Position numbers and translations under genes: made by a program. From assembly GCA_965215605.1 (NCBI GenBank), contig OZ244070.1, positions 2,528,001-2,592,000 on the forward strand: a stretch of DNA of 64,000 bases, given 5' to 3'. Shown here piece after piece: positions 59,288-64,000 of the stretch (positions are counted from its first letter, which is position 1; each line of letters begins with the position of its first letter). The notes beneath the pieces are model-generated. The model saw nothing but the letters and a program-made list of their open reading frames with translations. It was not told where the DNA came from and did not search any database. The stretch is from an uncultured Candidatus Binatia bacterium. Its GTDB lineage: Bacteria; Desulfobacterota; Binatia; UBA9968; JAJDTQ01.

Positions 59288-60321
59288 TATTTGCCTCCTG
59301 CTCCCGGAAATCCCGCCATCCCTTTCAAGGGCAGCAGCGGCACGACGTTTTGCGCGCCTTGTGAATCGACGATGATCTTGTCGACGTTCGGGAGCACGCG
59401 TTCGATGGCTTCGAGGTGCAGTCTCTCGCGTGTCACCTCGGGGGCTTTCCGGTATTCGGTCAGTACCGAGTTGAACCGCGACCCGTCACCCTTGGCCTTC
59501 AGGGTCCGTTCCTCCTTGTAGGCCTCGGCCGCCTGAATCATCTCCTGAGCTTCGCCTCGGGCTTTGGGGATGAGGTCTTCCCGGTAGCCGCGGGCCTGGT
59601 CGATGAGCTTCTCGCGGTCTTCGCGCGCCCGGACCACTTCATCGAAAGCGTCCTTGACCTGGCTGGGAGCTTCCACGGTCTGTAGCTTGACCTCGGTGAT
59701 CTGTATGCCGGATTCGTAGGTATCCATCAGTTGCTGCAGGAACTCCTGGGTCTCGGTCTGGACCCGGTCCCGGCCCACGGTCAGGACTTCCTCGATGGTG
59801 GTGTTGCCGACCCGGCTGCGCAACGCGACTTCCGTGGCCGCCTGTAGGGTGGTCACCGGGTCCCGCAGCTTGAACAGGAACATTTCCGGGTTCCTCACCC
59901 GATACTGCACGGTGAGCTGGGCGCTGACGATGTTTTCGTCGCCGGTGAGCATCAGGGATTCCTGGGGAATCAGGCGCACGAGGTTCGGCCGTAGCGGGTT
60001 GCTGCGAAAGCCCACTTCCAATCGGCGGATCTCCGCCACGTTGACCTTCCGCAACTCCTCGATGGGCCAGGGAACATGGTAGTTGAGGCCGGCCGTGGCG
60101 ATGCGCGCCACCTTGCCGAACCGCGTGACCACGCCTTCCTCACCGGGCTGGATGGTGTAGAAGCCGCTGGCCAGCCAGATGACGGCGATGGCGCCGGCGA
60201 TGAGAAAAGGCACGCCGGACTTCAGGAAACCGGGTAGCTGCGGCAACCGGGAGAGGAGGTCCTCCCAATCCGGTCCGCTCTGCTGCCGGCGTCCCCAAGG
60301 GCCCTCGGATCCGCTTTGCAT
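59287..60321 (-). CDS. hflK: FtsH modulator HflK
   Basis: SGFYTI, MLTGDEN, V.DAFD.V, A.GEA, Y.KAPEVTRERL.LE. Confidence 0.95.
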   Translation of the reverse strand: MQSGSEGPWGRRQQSGPDWEDLLSRLPQLPGFLKSGVPFLIAGAIAVIWLASGFYTIQPGEEGVVTRFGKVARIATAGLNYHVPWPIEELRKVNVAEIRRLEVGFRSNPLRPNLVRLIPQESLMLTGDENIVSAQLTVQYRVRNPEMFLFKLRDPVTTLQAATEVALRSRVGNTTIEEVLTVGRDRVQTETQEFLQQLMDTYESGIQITEVKLQTVEAPSQVKDAFDEVVRAREDREKLIDQARGYREDLIPKARGEAQEMIQAAEAYKEERTLKAKGDGSRFNSVLTEYRKAPEVTRERLHLEAIERVLPNVDKIIVDSQGAQNVVPLLPLKGMAGFPGAGGK

Positions 60322-60429
60322 GAAAAGCTCCTTTGTCTTCCGGCCGTAGTCGCGTGAGAGGGTATCTTCGTCGGGAAGAGCGTCGGGCAGACACTCCTGT
60401 CATGGACTCTACCATTGCCCGCATGGGTG

Positions 60430-61374
60430 TCAAGCAACCTCTTGCGAAGGGAACGCCTCGCCGCGGGGAGGGATCCTGGCGGTAAGCCAGTACCACTGGT
60501 CCGGATAGCGGCGGATGAGGGCTTCCAGACGTTCCATGATGCGGTCGGTGTTGACCTGCACGTCCGCGTGCAGGTCGCCGGTCCGGGTCAACTTCAGTTC
60601 TTCCTCGACGACGAGTTCCAGTCCGCCGGCATCGTTCCGGATCAGGTACACCGGCAGCACCGCCGCGCCGGAGCGCAGTGCCAGGCTCACCGGGCCCCGG
60701 GCGGACCGCACCGGCCGGCCGAAGAGCCGGGTTTCCACCTCGCCGCGCTTGAGATTGTCGCCCAGGATCAGCACGGTCTGGTTGTCCCTGAGCACGGCGA
60801 GGATCTTCCGGACCGCGTCCCGCCGGGGAATGGAGGGGATCAGGCCGGCATAGAACGAGCGGCTGTGACGCAGCACCAGTTCCATGAACTTTTCGTCGTC
60901 GAGGAACCGGAACAGGCATTGAATGGAATAGCCGCGGAGCCCCAGGCCGCCGCCGACGAGCAGGAAGTTGCCCAGGTGGAAGCCCAGGGCGATCACCCCG
61001 TGGCCCCTGCCCAGGGCCGCGTCCAGGTGTTCGAGCCCGCGTACGCGCAGGGTGTCCCTCAGCCGTTCCGGGTGGCCGATGTGAAGGAGGCTGTCGACGG
61101 CGGCGTCGGCACACTGCCGCTGCACGTCCCTGGCCAGCCCCAGCTTGGCGGCCTTGTCCCAGGACTCCCCGAAGGCCGCGTCCATGACCGCCACCAGGCG
61201 CCGGCGGGAGACCGTCACGGAGAGGAACAGCCGGACCACGGGCCGTGCGAGACGCCGGAACCGCTCCGGCGAGGTCATTCGCATGAGCCGGAGCAGGATA
61301 CGGCCGAGGCCGCCGCAGGCGCGGAAAAACAGCCATTGGGTAGCGCGTCGAGGCCGGTCTTTCGGTGGTGGCAT
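60430..61374 (-). CDS. Lipid A/lysophospholipid acyltransferase (LpxL/HtrB-like)
   Basis: GLEHL, HLGNF, FGRP, IRRYPDQWYW. Confidence 0.8.
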   Translation of the reverse strand: MPPPKDRPRRATQWLFFRACGGLGRILLRLMRMTSPERFRRLARPVVRLFLSVTVSRRRLVAVMDAAFGESWDKAAKLGLARDVQRQCADAAVDSLLHIGHPERLRDTLRVRGLEHLDAALGRGHGVIALGFHLGNFLLVGGGLGLRGYSIQCLFRFLDDEKFMELVLRHSRSFYAGLIPSIPRRDAVRKILAVLRDNQTVLILGDNLKRGEVETRLFGRPVRSARGPVSLALRSGAAVLPVYLIRNDAGGLELVVEEELKLTRTGDLHADVQVNTDRIMERLEALIRRYPDQWYWLTARIPPRGEAFPSQEVA

Positions 61375-61401
61375 GGCGAAAAACCCTGTCTTTATGGCGA
61401 C

Positions 61402-61430
61402 TTGACAGACACCAGGCGCCGCCATAAGCT
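61402..61430 (+). promoter_or_regulatory. sigma70-type promoter
   Basis: TTGACA-N17-TAAGCT upstream of the 61462 ORF. Confidence 0.6.
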
Positions 61431-61461
61431 GACCGTCGCAAGGTGACACAGGAGAAGGGAG

Positions 61462-61785
61462 ATGGCAATGCCTCCAGTCATCGATTCCGACGGACACTAC
61501 CACGAGCCCCACTATCTCTTCGACGAATTCATCGAGAAGGAATCGGAGTTGCCGAACCTCCGCTTTGCGTTCCTGGAGATCGACGGACAGTGGCTCCACT
61601 ACTGGGCCAACTGGGTCAACCGGCACGTGGAGGACGCCCCGCGGACGTTCATGTACGCCAGCGACTACCCCCACGGCGATACCGAATGGGAACGGGTGCA
61701 GGAGACCCAGGCGCTGGAGAATCTCGCACGGGAAGAGAAGGACGACATCCTGGGGAACAATGCGGCCCGGTTCTACAAGCTGTAG
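61462..61785 (+). pseudogene. Amidohydrolase_2 relic with in-frame internal deletions
   Basis: 107 aa that keep IDSDGH, PNLRFAFLE and YASDYPH...ILGNNAARFY. Confidence 0.75.
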
Positions 61786-61798
61786 ATGCCGACCTTCG

Positions 61799-61828
61799 TT
61801 GACACCTCGCAAGACCCTGTGATAGCTT
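61799..61828 (+). promoter_or_regulatory. sigma70-type promoter of the tctC-like gene
   Basis: TTGACA-N18-TAGCTT with an extended TG; adjacent inverted repeat tgacgc-N6-gcgtca. Confidence 0.5.
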
Positions 61829-61885
61829 GACGCCCGCAAGCGTCAGGAAAGTCAACTCATTTCAAACGTACTTCAGGAGGTTCTC

Positions 61886-62863
61886 ATGATACGCAGGTAT
61901 TCTCTGGCCGTGCTTGCCGCTGCGTTCCTCGTTCTGGCGGTGGCGCACAGTTCGATGGCCGCCAAAGAAGACAAGTTTCCCAGCAAGACCATCACGTGGT
62001 TGATCAATGCCGCCCCGGGAGGCGGGTTCGACCTCCACAGCCGCGCGGTGGCCCGGGTCATGAGGAAGAAGCTCGGCGTCAACATCATCATCCGGAACGT
62101 GCCCGGGGCGGGCGGGATCATCTCGTGGAACCTGCTGTCGGCCGCCAAGCCCGACGGCTACACCATCGGTATCGTCAACCTGCCCGGCGCCATCGTCAGT
62201 CAGTTGTTCAAGGAGACGCAGTACAAGCTCAGGGAGTTCACCTGGGTCGGCCGCATCTCCGCGGCGCCGTACATCTATGCCGCCGGAAAGCAGCATGGAC
62301 TCCGCACGCTCGAGGACTTCCAGAAGGCCAAGGAAGTGCTCATTACCGAATCGGGTTACGGCACCACCGGATGGGTCAATTCCGCGCTCACGGCCGCGAC
62401 CATGAAGTTCAAGCCCAAGTTCATCATGGGCTACGCCGGCGCGCCGGCGTCGAACATGGCCATCGTGCGCGGCGAGGGGCACGCCCGCGCCCTGGGGCTG
62501 GATTCTCCGGGCCAGATGGCGTTCATCAAGGATGGCTCCATGGTCCCGACCTGGGTTTACCTCGAGAAGCGCGATCCCAGGTATCCGGACGTGCCCACCG
62601 TGGGCGAGCTCGGGTTTCCGCAGTTGAGCGTCCTGGCGGCCAACCGCGTGGTGGCGGCGCCTCCGAAAACACCCAAGGATCGCATGGCGGTGCTCATCAA
62701 GGCCTTCCGGGAGTCCATCGAGGACCCCGAGACCCAGGCGGCGTTCCAGAGCATGAGAGCCAAGACCGCGCCCGTCTACGGCGACGACTGGCTGCCCGTG
62801 ATGGAGACCATGTTCAAGCTGATTCAGGACAACGCGGACGTCTTCAAGAAGGCCCTCAAATAG
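61886..62863 (+). CDS. Tripartite tricarboxylate transporter substrate-binding protein (TctC/Bug)
   Basis: FPSK.I, APGGGFD..SR, NVPGAGG, KPDGYT, DVPT..ELG. Confidence 0.92.
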   Translation: MIRRYSLAVLAAAFLVLAVAHSSMAAKEDKFPSKTITWLINAAPGGGFDLHSRAVARVMRKKLGVNIIIRNVPGAGGIISWNLLSAAKPDGYTIGIVNLPGAIVSQLFKETQYKLREFTWVGRISAAPYIYAAGKQHGLRTLEDFQKAKEVLITESGYGTTGWVNSALTAATMKFKPKFIMGYAGAPASNMAIVRGEGHARALGLDSPGQMAFIKDGSMVPTWVYLEKRDPRYPDVPTVGELGFPQLSVLAANRVVAAPPKTPKDRMAVLIKAFRESIEDPETQAAFQSMRAKTAPVYGDDWLPVMETMFKLIQDNADVFKKALK

Positions 62864-62902
62864 CGCCCCGGCAACGAGGCGCCCGTCTCGCTACGTAAAA
62901 GA

Positions 62903-62936
62903 GGGGGCAAGTCCGGCTTGGACTTGTCCCCTTTTC
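62903..62936 (+). terminator. Intrinsic terminator
   Basis: gggggcaagtcc / ggacttgtcccc stem followed by TTTT. Confidence 0.75.
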
Positions 62937-62995
62937 TGTTGCGGCGAGAATGCTGCTAACATGTCGCTCACTCACACGTTGCACAGGAGGAGTTC

Positions 62996-63430
62996 ATGAA
63001 GATCGAAGGGAGCTATCAGTTCAACGCCCCGCGGGAGCGGGTCTGGGAGGTCCTGCAGGACCCCCAGATCATGGCCCGGTGCATGCCCGGCTGCGAGAGC
63101 ATGGAGGAAGTCAGCCCGGACCAGTACGAGGCCACGGTCAAGGTCGGCATCGCCGCGGTCAAGGGCAGCTACAAGGCCAAGGTCGCCGTCAAGGAGAAGC
63201 AGGCCCCCAGCCACTACGTGCTGAGCGGCTCGGGCTCCGGCGGCCCGGGCTTCATGCAGGGCGACCTGGTCATCGACCTGGAGGAGAACGGGGAATCCGC
63301 CACCACGCTGCGGTACAGCACCGACGCCAAGATCGGCGGCCTGATCGCGGGCGTGGGCCAGCGCATGCTGGGAGGCGTCGGCAAGATGATGGTGGACCAG
63401 TTCTTCAAGAAGATGGAGGGCTTCGTGTAG
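62996..63430 (+). CDS. coxG: CoxG (SRPBCC) family protein
   Basis: APRERVW..L.DP, CMPGC, GG.IA.VGQR. Confidence 0.85.
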   Translation: MKIEGSYQFNAPRERVWEVLQDPQIMARCMPGCESMEEVSPDQYEATVKVGIAAVKGSYKAKVAVKEKQAPSHYVLSGSGSGGPGFMQGDLVIDLEENGESATTLRYSTDAKIGGLIAGVGQRMLGGVGKMMVDQFFKKMEGFV

Positions 63431-63498
63431 GTTGTCGCATGCCGGGATTTGTGGTGTAATCGCGCCCCCATTCCGGAAGGCGCTTCACAGGGAGGTCG

Positions 63499-64000
63499 AT
63501 GATGTTCAAACTGCGTCTGGGTCTCTCTTCCGCGGCCATGGTGCTCACGGCGTGTCTGCTGTTCGCCGCCTCGGCGTCCGCGCAGCCCGTCACCATGAAG
63601 ATCGGGCACGCCACCACCAAGGGGGCGTACGACAACTGGGCCGACACCTTCAAGGCCGGTCTTGCCAACAGGGTCGGGGACCGCATCAAGGTGGAGGTCT
63701 ATCCGCTGAGCCAGCTAGGCGCGATACCCGCCATGGTCCAGGGGGTGCAACTCGGCACCATCGAGATGACCATGACCCCCCCGGCGTTCCTGTCCGGGGT
63801 GGACCCGCGCTTTGCGGTGCTGTCGGCCCCCGGCATATTCGACGACCTCATGCACGGCTTCCGCACCGTGCACGATCCCGCGTTCAGGAAGGCGTTCTGG
63901 TCCATCGGCGATGCCAAGGGCCTCAAGCTCGTCAGCCTGACCTGTGACGCGCCCACCGACTATGCCACCTCGACGCCGATCCGCACGCTCGCGGACTTCA
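63499..64000 (+). CDS. TRAP transporter substrate-binding protein DctP (partial, runs off the window)
   Basis: GGAGG RBS; signal peptide MMFKLRLG...ASA-QPVTMKIGHAT, IKVEVYPLSQLG, GVQLGTIE. Absent from the ORF track because there is no stop in the window. Confidence 0.88.
   Translation, partial: MMFKLRLGLSSAAMVLTACLLFAASASAQPVTMKIGHATTKGAYDNWADTFKAGLANRVGDRIKVEVYPLSQLGAIPAMVQGVQLGTIEMTMTPPAFLSGVDPRFAVLSAPGIFDDLMHGFRTVHDPAFRKAFWSIGDAKGLKLVSLTCDAPTDYATSTPIRTLADF

Overview
This is a high-GC bacterial chromosomal window with about 55 CDSs. I found no rRNA, tRNA, CRISPR array or intact transposase. The gene content (many amidohydrolases, UbiD, hydantoinase, TctC/DctP, bicupin, sigma54-controlled glnA and amtB-glnK) resembles Deltaproteobacteria/Binatia-type organisms; that assignment is inference only. 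Housekeeping and metabolic genes are tatC-like, pncB, glnA, amtB-glnK, speA, ppk1, pckG, hflKC, HU, ppgK and treT-like. The most notable items are: (1) an operon pairing a non-canonical IspH/LytB-like Fe-S protein (three cluster Cys kept, substrate-binding and catalytic residues replaced) with a UbiD decarboxylase and a LOG/TIGR00725 protein; (2) an HU-ParA-CHAD cluster next to polyphosphate glucokinase and near ppk1, a candidate polyphosphate-granule positioning system; (3) a PaaK-like ligase with an HcrCAB-like Mo enzyme whose catalytic Glu is replaced by Gln, followed by an EHD/dynamin-like NTPase; (4) a lower-GC islet encoding a HipA-like kinase and a HipS-HIRAN protein; (5) scars, namely a cytochrome c2 C-terminal remnant and a miniature amidohydrolase with in-frame internal deletions. 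All calls come from motif reading by eye; no database searches were run.
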